DNA of 64,000 nt from an archaeon. Its GTDB lineage: Archaea; Micrarchaeota; Micrarchaeia; Norongarragalinales; UBA97. The first letter of the stretch is position 1; each line of letters opens with the position of its first letter. Shown here one piece after another: positions 37,613 through 47,137 of the stretch. Under the pieces are notes generated by a model that made no database searches, was not told where the DNA came from, and saw only the letters and a program-made list of their open reading frames with translations. The DNA lies in NCBI GenBank assembly GCA_020057405.1, contig JAGVFW010000004.1, forward strand, positions 121,660 through 185,659, written 5' to 3'. The translations under genes and the position numbers were made by a program.

Positions 37613-38860
37613 ACGACGGCTAATAGCGGCACAAAGGCCCTTCTTCTCGCAGGCGGTTATGGCACGCGGCTCTTTCCGTTAAGCCTCCGCATCCCAAAGG
37701 CAATGGTGCCGGTTGCGGGAAAACCGGTTCTCGAGCACCTGGTGCGCGTCTGCGTCTCTGCGGGCATTCACGACATCGTCATTTCACTTAACACTAACCA
37801 GCGCGTGATTGAGGAGTACTTTGGCGACGGGAACCGCTTTGGCGCACGCATTTCATACGCTTACGAGACTACAGCGAATGACGAGGACAAGCTTGGCGCA
37901 ATCGGCGCCATCCAATACGCCCTCGAGAAGACGGGCGGGCCTGCCGAGTGCATCATCCTTGGCGGGGACAACGTATTTTACGGCCTTGATGTAAAGGCAA
38001 TGCGCGAGGCGCATAAAAAGCGCGGCGCGGTTGCAAGCATCGCGCTATTTTCTCTTTCCGACCCGCGCGACGCGCCCCAGTACGGCATCGCGAAAGTCGA
38101 CGCGTCAGGCAGGCTCACGCGATTTAAGGAAAAGCCCGCACCGGAGGAAGTGTTTTCGGACAAAGTGGCAACTGCTGCGTACTACCTCGAGGAGTCGTTC
38201 GTGCGCGAGTACTTGCCCGCTTACGTCGAGCGGCTAAAGGCCCAGGGGCAGAAGGCCGACAAGCTTGGCGACTTGTGGGCGCACTTTGTGAAGGAACTGC
38301 CGCTCTACGGCCACGCCTTCCAAGGAATGTGGGGCGATACGAATAACGCGAAAACCTACATCGAAACGCACAAGCAGGCGATGAACTTCGTTGCCCCGAC
38401 GTCGCTTGAGGGCATCGAGTGCACGATTTACCGTCCGGGAAACGTCTGCATTTCAAGGGCCCACATTTCACCTGACGCTACCATCCGGGGCCCGGCGATA
38501 ATCGAGGAAGGGTGTGTGGTCGAGGCGGGCACGGTTGTAGGCTCCGGCACTCACTTGATGAAAAACGCGCGCGTTGGCAAGGGCGCGTCCGTCCAAGGTA
38601 GCGTGGTCTTTAGGGACTGCGAAATCGGGGAAGGCGCCCGGATTGTCGATAGTGTGCTTGACATTGGCGTTCGCGTGGGTCGCGGCGCGCAAGTGGGGCC
38701 CAACTGCATTTTGGGCTACAAATCCTTCGTCTGCCCCAATGCGAAAGTGCTTGGGGAAACGCGCGTGTGGCCCTACTGTGAAATCGGCGCGGTAGTGAGC
38801 GGCGATGTTACTATACCCGAAGAGCTCTTCCGGCACAAGATGACAGACCGGCTTTACTGA
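37613..38860 (+). CDS. Sugar-phosphate nucleotidyltransferase with LbH domain (start non-canonical or uncertain)
   Basis: In-frame KALLLAGGYGTRL...PKAM lies upstream of the first ATG (37703); FKEKP; hexapeptide repeats. Confidence 0.85.
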   Translation, partial: TTANSGTKALLLAGGYGTRLFPLSLRIPKAMVPVAGKPVLEHLVRVCVSAGIHDIVISLNTNQRVIEEYFGDGNRFGARISYAYETTANDEDKLGAIGAIQYALEKTGGPAECIILGGDNVFYGLDVKAMREAHKKRGAVASIALFSLSDPRDAPQYGIAKVDASGRLTRFKEKPAPEEVFSDKVATAAYYLEESFVREYLPAYVERLKAQGQKADKLGDLWAHFVKELPLYGHAFQGMWGDTNNAKTYIETHKQAMNFVAPTSLEGIECTIYRPGNVCISRAHISPDATIRGPAIIEEGCVVEAGTVVGSGTHLMKNARVGKGASVQGSVVFRDCEIGEGARIVDSVLDIGVRVGRGAQVGPNCILGYKSFVCPNAKVLGETRVWPYCEIGAVVSGDVTIPEELFRHKMTDRLY

Positions 38861-39408
38861 CGCAACAGCCAGCCGAAAACCGTCGAGGGCACTGCACGGG
38901 CGTAAGTTTCGTACGGCTTTCCGAACTTTTTCCGAAGTATTGTCTCCTCAACGCGCACGCGGTAGGCCAGGTATGCAACGACTAAGGCGTAAGCCACAAG
39001 CGATGCCGTGCTAAGCAAAAGCACCGCGAGGCCGAGGAAAAAAAGCGCGGCTGAAGAGTAGAGGGGATGGCGGGCGATTGCGTAAACTCCGGTCGTCACA
39101 AGCCTTGGCTTTTTTGAAAAAGTGATGCCGGCGCTATAAGACCTGCCAAGGCCCCTAACCGACTTGAAGTGCAGGACTAAGCCAGCGGCTGCGGGCAAGA
39201 ACCCTAGGTAATTGATTGCGCTTGAGGCGCCCGAACTAATGAAGTCGGCTGTCGAAGCGGCAAAGAAAAAGCCGTACGTTGCGTACATCGCAAGCCTTGA
39301 CGGCCAGTGCATCTCCCCGCCGCCGTGGCCTGAAAGCGTCGCTGCTGCCGACGGCGCATAGTAGGCTAGGGTGAGGGACGCGGCTGCGGCCAGTAAAAAC
39401 TGCTGCAT
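38854..39408 (-). CDS. Isoprenylcysteine carboxyl methyltransferase/PEMT family membrane protein
   Basis: LVTTGVYAIARHPLY and EETIL...FG..YETY motifs. Confidence 0.82.
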   Translation of the reverse strand: MQQFLLAAAASLTLAYYAPSAAATLSGHGGGEMHWPSRLAMYATYGFFFAASTADFISSGASSAINYLGFLPAAAGLVLHFKSVRGLGRSYSAGITFSKKPRLVTTGVYAIARHPLYSSAALFFLGLAVLLLSTASLVAYALVVAYLAYRVRVEETILRKKFGKPYETYARAVPSTVFGWLLRQ

Positions 39409-39513
39409 TTAGCAGAACTCGCAGGCGCTAGCCTTCTTCTTGGGTTTGGAGAGCTTCTTTCGTGCGGGCATTGTTGTCACCAAAACTGCGGTTATCTACT
39501 CGAATTTTGATTG

Positions 39514-39840
39514 TTACGCAACGTCGAGGTGGTGCTCGTACTGGAAACCGGCTTCGCCGTTTATCGTAAGCAGCTCGCGCGTGGCAATGCGGAAAAGCTC
39601 GATTGACTCGACTTGACCCTTGCCGGCTATAGCTGCCTCGACGCGGGCGAGCACTTTTGCGGAAATTGTCTCGGCGCTCTCCTCGTCCATTCTTGCATCG
39701 CGGCAAGCGTGGTAGACTGAGGCAAAGAGCTTCTTGCCGTCAAAAGGTTCGAAGCGGCCGCGGCGCTTGACTACGACGACTGCGGGTGGCTTCTCCGGTT
39801 CGTGTTTCTCGCGCGTTTTCTTCAAAGCCAATTTGACCAC
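39514..39840 (-). CDS. ATP-cone domain protein
   Basis: VVKRRGRFEPFDGKKL motif. Confidence 0.8.
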   Translation of the reverse strand: MVKLALKKTREKHEPEKPPAVVVVKRRGRFEPFDGKKLFASVYHACRDARMDEESAETISAKVLARVEAAIAGKGQVESIELFRIATRELLTINGEAGFQYEHHLDVA

Positions 39841-39852
39841 ACTCCCAAATAA

Positions 39853-40575
39853 CTAGTCCTTAAGCGACGACCACTCGAGGCCTTCCTTAGAGTTTACTGA
39901 AATGCCAGTGTCGTCGATTGTGACTGCGTGAACGTTTTTGTCGTGGTTGGTGCCACGCATCTTGCGCACGAAAAACAGCCGTTGCGGTGCGATGAAGTAA
40001 AGCATGAGGAGGCCGTCGGAAAGGAATTCCTCGACGCCAAATTGGGAAAAGTCGCTTTTGCCGCCCCTAGTCTCGCAGGTGATTATCGTCGTGCAGTTTA
40101 GCTTGCGCAGCTCCTCGACGAGGTTGTACATCACGTAGCGCGTCTTGTTCTCGTCAATGAACCAGTAGCTAAAGGCGCTGATGCTGTCGATGACGAGGCG
40201 CTTTGCCCCGATTTCCTTCACTTTCTCGACAATGCGCTTGATTTGCTCGTTCGCGTTAGTCTGCATGTCCTCGCCGGGCTCGAACTTGTAGATTTTAAGC
40301 AGGTTGTCGCGCTCTAGGGGCAAGAGGTCCCACTTGAAGCGCTGCATGTTCCACCACAGGTTGTGCGGGCCTTCCTCTAGCGTGATGTAGACGCCTGGCT
40401 CGCCCTGCTCTTTCGCGCCGTAGTAGAGGTACTGGAGGCAGAATATGCTCTTGCCAGCTCCAGCAGCGCCGCTAAGAAGGATGCTGGAGCCTTCCGGAAA
40501 GCCGCCCTCGATGAGCTCGTCAACGCCGGGAATGCCGGTCTTAACTCGATTCAATGCAATCGATAGGCTTTTCAC
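39853..40575 (-). CDS. KaiC/RAD55 family RecA-like ATPase
   Basis: TGIPGVDELIEGG, GAAGAGKS, LVIDS and RKMRGT motifs. Confidence 0.88.
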   Translation of the reverse strand: MKSLSIALNRVKTGIPGVDELIEGGFPEGSSILLSGAAGAGKSIFCLQYLYYGAKEQGEPGVYITLEEGPHNLWWNMQRFKWDLLPLERDNLLKIYKFEPGEDMQTNANEQIKRIVEKVKEIGAKRLVIDSISAFSYWFIDENKTRYVMYNLVEELRKLNCTTIITCETRGGKSDFSQFGVEEFLSDGLLMLYFIAPQRLFFVRKMRGTNHDKNVHAVTIDDTGISVNSKEGLEWSSLKD

Positions 40576-40684
40576 GGGCGGTCTTAAAAAAGACTAGCAC
40601 AGACGCGCACCGAAGCCCCCGGCAAGCTTTTAAAAACCCGGCAACCGTAAACTCCTTTACCCACCAGAGAAAGTGATAGTAAGA

Positions 40685-41494
40685 ATGGACCTGCTAAGCG
40701 TAGTGGTCAAGCCCACTTGGAAAGAGTTCCTCATCGACTTAGTCCAAACCAAGCAAATGGACCCGTGGGACATCGACATTTCAGCAGTCGCCGAGGCATA
40801 CCTAGAGCGCGTTCGCGAACTCCAGTCGCTTGACTTGCGCGTTCCTGCAAACGTCATCCTCGCCTGCGCACTCATGCTGCGCTACAAGGCCGAAACAATC
40901 TCTTTTGCAGACCCGATAGAGGAAGAGTACTACGAGGAACCGGCGCTCATCGACGAGGAATTGCCAGACCTTCTTTATCGCCCCAACCTGCCCAGGCGCC
41001 GCGGCGTCACCCTCGAGGAACTCATCACTGCAGTAGAGAAGGTGATGAAGGACGGCGAGCGGCCCGCAGTCAAGTTTGCTGCACCCAAGGAGCTTAACCT
41101 CGATTTGCCGAAGACCGACATGGACGAACTGATGGCGGCCGTTTACCACAAAGCCCACTCGCTAAAAGACACCGAAGGCGTGCTAATCTTCTCCGACCTA
41201 ATCAAGGCCAACACGGCTACTGTTGACACAAGCGGGCTAAACGGCAACCGCGCCAAAGTCGAGAACGCGTTTAAGCATCTCGACTCGGCAAAAACGCGGG
41301 GCGAGAAAGTAGTCTACCACCTGATTCCGGTGCTCCACCTCGTTCAGGACGAGAAGCTCCACGCGTGGCAAAACGACTTTTTCGGCGAAGTGTTCATAAA
41401 AGTGCTAGACCCGGCCCACATTCCTCAACCGGCAGAAGCGAAGGCGGAAGAGCAGCCCGTAGAACCTATTACTAAATCCCCGGAAACGGCCTAA
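40685..41494 (+). CDS. scpA: Segregation and condensation protein A (kleisin)
   Basis: MDPWDIDI, LRYKA, VTLEELI and Q..FFGEVFI motifs. Confidence 0.85.
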   Translation: MDLLSVVVKPTWKEFLIDLVQTKQMDPWDIDISAVAEAYLERVRELQSLDLRVPANVILACALMLRYKAETISFADPIEEEYYEEPALIDEELPDLLYRPNLPRRRGVTLEELITAVEKVMKDGERPAVKFAAPKELNLDLPKTDMDELMAAVYHKAHSLKDTEGVLIFSDLIKANTATVDTSGLNGNRAKVENAFKHLDSAKTRGEKVVYHLIPVLHLVQDEKLHAWQNDFFGEVFIKVLDPAHIPQPAEAKAEEQPVEPITKSPETA

Positions 41495-42522
41495 AGCAGG
41501 AATCCGTAGGCGTCTTCAATCAAGCCAATGCCCTTCTTTAGTTTGACATCCTTGAAGACAAAGTCCGTGCACTCTACGAAGTACTCGTCGTAATGGAATT
41601 CTCCGCGGCCCTTGAGCAAAAACTGCTTGAAGGCGTAAGTCTTCAGGTAGGCGACAACTTCGTTTCCTTCAAGCACCCACCTGTCTCCCGCAAGTTTTCG
41701 CAAGCGGCAATTGCCAAGCTTAACCGTCTTTCCGGAAGGCAGCCGGTAGGTTCCCGAATGGAACAAGTACTCGCCAAGGTCAAGCTTGTCAAGGCGAACT
41801 GCATAAAAGTCAAGAACCGACTTGTTGGGAAAAGTGAGCCGCAGCCAATTCCAGGGAACAAACGGCGCAGTCACGATGACTTTTTGAACATACGCAAAGC
41901 CTGAGAACTTTTTCCCGCCAATCGTGCCACGCGCGTCAAGGTAGAGGTTGTACATGCCGAGGCCCAGGGAATTTGCCGAGGCGTCAAGTGCCTCAAATGG
42001 AACGCCACTTTTGGGCGTCGATAACTTCAATCGCGTGCCATTGCCGGCGCTTAGCTCGTAGTGAGGAAAAGCGCCCGTAAGCTCAAAAGAACGGGCCTTT
42101 AGTGAGTTCTTGGTCGCTTCAAGCGCAACTGACTCTTCGACAAAAACGTTTTTCTTGCCAGAATAATACCAGCCTACTGCAGCTACCTTTCCGCCGTGGC
42201 CTGCCCTGCCGTTTACCCACGCGTCGAAAAACGAGCGGCCGAAAGTGAGGACGAGCTGGGTCTTATCGCCCGAAGTTGACGCGATTTGAATGAACCAGTA
42301 CTCTTTTCCTCCAGGTGCAAGCGGCACTTGTGAGAAAAGGAACTCGTCAAGCCTTGTTGCTTCCCTTCGGTCAGTAACTATTTGAAAGAGCCGCGCCTTC
42401 TTTGCAGCACTCGAAAGGGAGTTTAGCAGGAGCTTGCCCGGGCCCTTGACGACCCCCTTTGAGTAAAAGCTAGCGGACTCTAGATTTGAGCCCAACTTTC
42501 GAACAAGGGAAGAAATTTTCAC
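41491..42522 (-). CDS. Conserved hypothetical protein (beta-rich)
   Basis: 343-aa ORF with GKEYWF, YVQKV, PWNW and EDAYG; function unknown. Confidence 0.65.
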   Translation of the reverse strand: MKISSLVRKLGSNLESASFYSKGVVKGPGKLLLNSLSSAAKKARLFQIVTDRREATRLDEFLFSQVPLAPGGKEYWFIQIASTSGDKTQLVLTFGRSFFDAWVNGRAGHGGKVAAVGWYYSGKKNVFVEESVALEATKNSLKARSFELTGAFPHYELSAGNGTRLKLSTPKSGVPFEALDASANSLGLGMYNLYLDARGTIGGKKFSGFAYVQKVIVTAPFVPWNWLRLTFPNKSVLDFYAVRLDKLDLGEYLFHSGTYRLPSGKTVKLGNCRLRKLAGDRWVLEGNEVVAYLKTYAFKQFLLKGRGEFHYDEYFVECTDFVFKDVKLKKGIGLIEDAYGFLL

Positions 42523-42589
42523 TAATCAAACCACCAAAAGCTGTACGCTAATTACCCAAAAGCAACGGCGATTATTAAAGCGAAGAGAG

Positions 42590-42660
42590 TGCGGTCGCCG
42601 GGAATCGGACCCGGGCAGCGAGCTTGGAAGGCTCGTATCATACCATTAGATCACGACCGC
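42590..42660 (-). tRNA. tRNA-Gly(TCC)
   Basis: 71-nt cloverleaf; T-loop reads TCCGATT. Confidence 0.9.
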
Positions 42661-42697
42661 GCGTGATTAGGAATTTAGGTCGAAAGAGTTTAAGAAG

Positions 42698-42770
42698 TGG
42701 GGCCGCTGCGATTTGAACGCAGATCACTTGCCCCCCAGGCAAGTAGGATGCCAGGTTACCCCACGGCCCC
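42698..42770 (-). tRNA. tRNA-Pro(GGG)
   Basis: 73-nt cloverleaf; CTTGC-CTGGGGG-GCAAG anticodon arm. Confidence 0.93.
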
Positions 42771-42835
42771 GTTGGGATAAGGAATACTCTAATGGTCGAA
42801 AAAGAATAATAAAGGGAAGAAATACCCGAGTCGAC

Positions 42836-43033
42836 TTAGAAGCGGGGGTATTTCCTGATTTCGTCCATGAGCTCCGCTTGGGCGAGGAACATGCGCCTGC
42901 AGCAGTAGCGTTCCATGCCAACGTCGTCGAGGGCGGTTGCCGCTGGCGTGCCATTCTCGACTGCCGACTTGTACGCGTCGTACTTGTCTGCGACGGGCTT
43001 GCCGCACGTGAAGCATCGGACGGGAATCATCAT
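42836..43033 (-). CDS. rpoN: RNA polymerase subunit N (Rpo10)
   Basis: MIPVRCFTCGK...RYCCRRM. Confidence 0.95.
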   Translation of the reverse strand: MMIPVRCFTCGKPVADKYDAYKSAVENGTPAATALDDVGMERYCCRRMFLAQAELMDEIRKYPRF

Positions 43034-43123
43034 TTTTTCATCACTCCAATTTGGTGAAGCTTTTCAAGCTCCGGGCACCGAGCCGGCAACCAGCCGGGAG
43101 CCTCGCAGCGCGCAGAAAAGGTT

Positions 43124-43561
43124 CTACCTGTAGCTCTTGGTAAAGCGGGCGCGCGCCTTGGGGCCCTTGAACTTCTTGGGCTCTACGCGGCGTGGGTCGT
43201 TGATTACCATCGACCTGTCAAAAGCGACCATCTTGGCTTTTAGCGTAGGGTCGCCTGAAAGTGCGATTAGTGCCTTTGCGATTGCAGTGCGGGCGGCTTG
43301 CGCCTGTCCCATAACCCCGCCGCCGTTGGCCTTGACGCTGACGTCATAGTCCGAGGCGGTAACGAACGAAAGTGGCTCGACGATAATCTCGCGGGCGGTC
43401 GCGTCTGAAAGAAGCGAGAGATGCCTGCCGTTAAAGGTGATGCGCCCGGTGCCCTTGCTGACCGACGCGCGGGCGATTGCGCGCTTGCGCTTGCCTGAAG
43501 CGACGGTTGCCTTGAGGACCTTCTTTCGGGGAGAGCGTTTGGTAGTAGTTTCTTCAGCCAT
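43124..43561 (-). CDS. rps9: Ribosomal protein uS9
   Basis: GKRKRAIARA, GGGVMGQA and KSYR motifs. Confidence 0.95.
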   Translation of the reverse strand: MAEETTTKRSPRKKVLKATVASGKRKRAIARASVSKGTGRITFNGRHLSLLSDATAREIIVEPLSFVTASDYDVSVKANGGGVMGQAQAARTAIAKALIALSGDPTLKAKMVAFDRSMVINDPRRVEPKKFKGPKARARFTKSYR

Positions 43562-43562
43562 T

Positions 43563-43988
43563 TTAACGGTCACCTGCCTTCCAGCCAAGCCGTTCGCCGA
43601 GCTGCTCTAGCGTGATGGATGCGATGCTTAAGTTCTTTACTGCAAACCGCTCTTTCTGGGTTCCCTCGAACTCTTTTGGAACGCCCATGAATGTCTTTAT
43701 CTTGTGGTACGCGACGGAACCGCGGGAGCTCTTCTTGGGAACCATGCCGCGGATGATGCGCTTGAAGAGTAGGTCGGGCCGCCGTGGCCACTTGGCAGCG
43801 TGGTCGGGGTTGCCCTTTTGCGTCATCAGCCTGCGGTTGTAGTACTTGCTAACAACCATCTTTGGGGCACCGCTGATGATTGCCTTCTCTGCGTTGACTA
43901 TGACTATGTCCTCGCCTGCTAGTGCTTTTTTAGTCGCCAGGGCAGCGAGCCGTCCAGCGACACTACCGGTTGCGTCAAAAACTATCAT
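43563..43988 (-). CDS. rpl13: Ribosomal protein uL13
   Basis: DA...GRLA, NAEK and IIRGMVP motifs. Confidence 0.94.
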   Translation of the reverse strand: MIVFDATGSVAGRLAALATKKALAGEDIVIVNAEKAIISGAPKMVVSKYYNRRLMTQKGNPDHAAKWPRRPDLLFKRIIRGMVPKKSSRGSVAYHKIKTFMGVPKEFEGTQKERFAVKNLSIASITLEQLGERLGWKAGDR

Positions 43989-43997
43989 TGTTAATCA

Positions 43998-44357
43998 CTA
44001 TCCTAGAATGCGGGCGTTCTTGCTATCGCCCTTGTCTGCAGCTTCCCTCAAAGTCATCAGCTTGCCCCCAGCCGCGACAATCTTGTCGCGGGCGGGCTTT
44101 GTTGCCGAGAGGGCTGCAATCGTGAGTTTCTTGCTAAGCTTGCCTAATGAAAGAATCTTGCCTGGGACGATGACGAGCTCGCCTTCCTTGCCGTACTTTT
44201 CAAGGGCGTAAAGGTTGACTTCAACGCGCCTGCGGCTTGAGCGCGAGAGCACCTCGGCTGCGCGCAGCCAAACGGCTTTCTTCGTCTTGCCGTAGGCCTT
44301 CTTGAGTGCCCGTAGTGCCTCGAGGACTTCGAAACTTTCAGCGCCTGTTTTTACCAT
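43998..44357 (-). CDS. rpl18e: Ribosomal protein eL18
   Basis: RRRVEVNL and VPGKIL motifs; position after rpoD. Confidence 0.92.
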   Translation of the reverse strand: MVKTGAESFEVLEALRALKKAYGKTKKAVWLRAAEVLSRSSRRRVEVNLYALEKYGKEGELVIVPGKILSLGKLSKKLTIAALSATKPARDKIVAAGGKLMTLREAADKGDSKNARILG

Positions 44358-44391
44358 ATTTATCGACCAAATGAACTTTTTGATGCGAGAG

Positions 44392-44505
44392 TGCGGGGGA
44401 AGGGATTTGAACCCTCGGACCCCTAAGGGACAGGAACCTCAATCCTGCGCATTTGGCCAAGCTTTTTGAACAAAAAGCTTTTTGACCAGGCTCTGCCACC
44501 CCCGC
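44392..44505 (-). tRNA. tRNA-Leu(GAG) with a D-loop intron (21/22, 44453-44481)
   Basis: 29-nt hairpin insert; BHB-like GGUC/GGCC with AAA bulges; mature D-arm matches tRNA-Leu(TAG). Confidence 0.92.
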
Positions 44506-44509
44506 GCGA

Positions 44510-45238
44510 TTACTTCAAAATCTTTCTAATCTCCCCCGCATGCGTTGCCATTACCTTGAGCGCCGTGCGCAAGTGGCTTGCTGCGGGAACATTGTTGAAG
44601 CTTTCAACCGTGAAAACGAAATCCTTGTCGTCAAGCCCGTATTCTGCGATGTCGGGATTGTCGGTGGCGAACTTCTCAAGCGCCGTGCACTTCCACGCGA
44701 CGGGCTCGCCCTTTGAGTCAAGCATGCTCTTGGGCAGCTTCTCGATGAACTCCTTTAGCTTGGGGGAGTTCTTCTTGACCTTGAAAAACGGCATCATGCC
44801 GTATGAAGCGTGGGCGCACTGGAACTTGGCGTGCTTCTTGCCAGTGCCCTTCACAGCCCATGCCTCAACGCGCACGCGCTGGTTGTCGCCCAAGTCAACG
44901 ATGGGGAAATTGTCATTGACGGGCTTGATTACGCCGTCGGCGCTGACCATGTCTTTTGAGTAGATGATGCCGGGGCCCTGAACGTTGACTGTGAGGGAAA
45001 CGCGCGCGTCGTCGGCAACGTCGTCATCGAAAGTGAGCGGGATTAAGCCCATGCGGTTGGCGAGGTACTCGTTGTAGAGGGCCGAGTTGTTCTCGTAGAA
45101 GTCAACCTCGTCGATTGCAAAGCATGGAATCTGGCTGATGATAGCGCGGCGAAGGCCATTGGCTTCGCTTACACTCGCGCCGCTGACCTTAAGCACGATT
45201 TTCTCGTCGCCCTTTGCCTCAAGTACGGTGAACTGCAT
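44510..45238 (-). CDS. rpoD: RNA polymerase subunit D (Rpo3)
   Basis: ANGLRR, NSALYNEYLANRMGLIPL and GTGKKHAKF motifs. Confidence 0.94.
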   Translation of the reverse strand: MQFTVLEAKGDEKIVLKVSGASVSEANGLRRAIISQIPCFAIDEVDFYENNSALYNEYLANRMGLIPLTFDDDVADDARVSLTVNVQGPGIIYSKDMVSADGVIKPVNDNFPIVDLGDNQRVRVEAWAVKGTGKKHAKFQCAHASYGMMPFFKVKKNSPKLKEFIEKLPKSMLDSKGEPVAWKCTALEKFATDNPDIAEYGLDDKDFVFTVESFNNVPAASHLRTALKVMATHAGEIRKILK

Positions 45239-45248
45239 TTTTTCTCAC

Positions 45249-45740
45249 CTACACCCTGCGTCCGCGTTTTCCGCCCGGCCGTTTCGTCGTGTCGGTTGGA
45301 ATAGGCGTGACGTCCTCAATTTTGCCAATGCGAAGGCCACTGCGCGCGAGTGCGCGAATGGCTGCTTGTGCGCCGCTGCCGGGAGTCTTGCTCTTGTGGC
45401 CACCCGGGGCGCGAACGCGAATGTGAACGCCAGTGATACCGCGCTCTTTTGCCTTGTCGGAAGCCCTAAAGGCTGCCTGCATGGCAGCGTAAGGCGAGCC
45501 TTCCTCGCGGTCGGACTTGACAATCATGCCGCCACTGCCAACTGCAATGGTCTCGGCGCCGCTAAGGTCGGTGACAGTGATAATCGTGTTGTTCTTTGAC
45601 GAGAAAATGTGGGCGACGCCCCAGTTGCCCTGCTCGGGAACGGGCGCGCGGTCGTAGCGGGATGCCTCGGGTTGCGCCTTCTCTGCTACAGGCTGGGCCT
45701 TCTCGGCGGCGGGTTGTTCCTTGGGTTTTTCTTCAGCCAT
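45249..45740 (-). CDS. rps11: Ribosomal protein uS11
   Basis: [15 protein letters not shown] and EDVTPIP motifs. Confidence 0.96.
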   Translation of the reverse strand: MAEEKPKEQPAAEKAQPVAEKAQPEASRYDRAPVPEQGNWGVAHIFSSKNNTIITVTDLSGAETIAVGSGGMIVKSDREEGSPYAAMQAAFRASDKAKERGITGVHIRVRAPGGHKSKTPGSGAQAAIRALARSGLRIGKIEDVTPIPTDTTKRPGGKRGRRV

Positions 45741-45742
45741 AA

Positions 45743-46321
45743 TTACGCACCTTGCGCCTGCTTCTCAACTGGCTTTTCAGCCTCTGCAACCTTGCCTTCG
45801 GGCTTCTCCTCTTTTGCGAGCTCGCCGCCAGCGCCTTCATAGCGAATGGGCTTGGAGTACCACAGGATGTCGGTCTCCTCGCTAAACGCGATGAGCCTCG
45901 AGGGGGAAGTCGTCTTGTTGCCGCTAACCGCGATGTGACCGTGGACAATGGCCTGTCGCGACTGGCCTAGCGTCTTGGCCATGCCTTTTCGCACCACTAG
46001 GGTCTCGAGCCTGCGCTCGAGAATGTCACGGGTTGAAAGGGCGAGAATGTCATCGAGTGTGACTTGCGCTTTATTGATGAGGAAGCGCTTGGCGCGGCCA
46101 AGGAGACGCTCGGCGCGGCCTTCGATGCCGGCACCGCGGGCTGCAAGCAGGCGCCGGGCCTCGCGGCGGATTTTTCTTAGAATCGTTTCCATGCGCCACA
46201 GCTCGCGCTGGTTTTTCAGGCCATACTCCTTTAGCAGGCGGTGGTCGTCTTCAAGGCGGCCAGCCTCCCAAAGCATCTTAGGCCTTTCGTAAAGTTTTCG
46301 TTTCCTTCGTGGACTACCCAT
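45743..46321 (-). CDS. rps4: Ribosomal protein uS4
   Basis: [15 protein letters not shown] and HGHI motifs. Confidence 0.95.
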   Translation of the reverse strand: MGSPRRKRKLYERPKMLWEAGRLEDDHRLLKEYGLKNQRELWRMETILRKIRREARRLLAARGAGIEGRAERLLGRAKRFLINKAQVTLDDILALSTRDILERRLETLVVRKGMAKTLGQSRQAIVHGHIAVSGNKTTSPSRLIAFSEETDILWYSKPIRYEGAGGELAKEEKPEGKVAEAEKPVEKQAQGA

Positions 46322-46335
46322 TCAAATCACGCTAG

Positions 46336-46875
46336 TTACTTCTTTGCGGGAGCGGCGTCCTTCTTGTCGCCGGCCTTTGAGGCTTCCTTCTGCGCCTTGA
46401 TTGACTTCTTAAGAACGCCGACGGTCATGCCGCTTCTGCCCGTGGTGCGGTTGTGCTGCCCGCGGGTCTTCTGGCCAAGCGCAGTGCGCCAGCCGCGCCA
46501 AGAGCGGCTGTTCTTGAGGCGCTCTACGTCAGCGTGAACTGCGATTTGCAAGTCTGACTGCACAACGTGCTTGTTGGTGCCGGACTCTACATCGCCCTTG
46601 TGATTAATCATGAAAACAGGCACGCCGGACTTTAGCGGGTCGCGGATAATGTCTTCAATCTGGCCAATCTGCTTGTCGGTAAGTTCGCCGACTGGCAGCA
46701 CCAAGCTGATGCCAAGGTCTTTTTCGACTTTGAGGCCAATGGCGTTAGCCAAGTTGCGGCCAATGCCCTTTACTTTGGCAAGCCCCTCGCGCACCTTGAG
46801 CTGGCCCTTAAGGTCCTTGCCCATGATGCGGACTATGCCACGGAATTCCTTGGACTCTTTTACAGGTTCGGCCAT
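46336..46875 (-). CDS. rps13: Ribosomal protein uS13
   Basis: IVRIMGKDL, KGIG and RGQHNRTTGR motifs. Confidence 0.95.
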   Translation of the reverse strand: MAEPVKESKEFRGIVRIMGKDLKGQLKVREGLAKVKGIGRNLANAIGLKVEKDLGISLVLPVGELTDKQIGQIEDIIRDPLKSGVPVFMINHKGDVESGTNKHVVQSDLQIAVHADVERLKNSRSWRGWRTALGQKTRGQHNRTTGRSGMTVGVLKKSIKAQKEASKAGDKKDAAPAKK

Positions 46876-46895
46876 GTTTCAAATCACTTGTTAAG

Positions 46896-47095
46896 CGCCG
46901 GGACTGGGATTCCCGCACAACTTTTTTGCGCCATTACGCGCTCAAAAAAGCTCTATTTAGGCAACCCCGCTCTCGCGAGGAAATTGCTTCGAACCCAGGA
47001 GGCTTTACAGCCACTAGCTCTTTGTCCCGAGACCCTTTTATGCCTAAAAGTCTCAGAATTCCAGGCCAGCCCTTTAACCGCTCAGGCATCCCGGC
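46896..47095 (-). tRNA. tRNA-Ser(GGA) with two introns (37/38 47020-47058; T-loop 59/60 46910-46987)
   Basis: Class II cloverleaf is restored after removal; T-loop BHB UUCG/CGGG with AAG and AAU bulges. Confidence 0.9.
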
Positions 47096-47137
47096 AGCGA
47101 TAATAATAATGAAAGGAAGGGCTTTTAAGGCTTGTTT

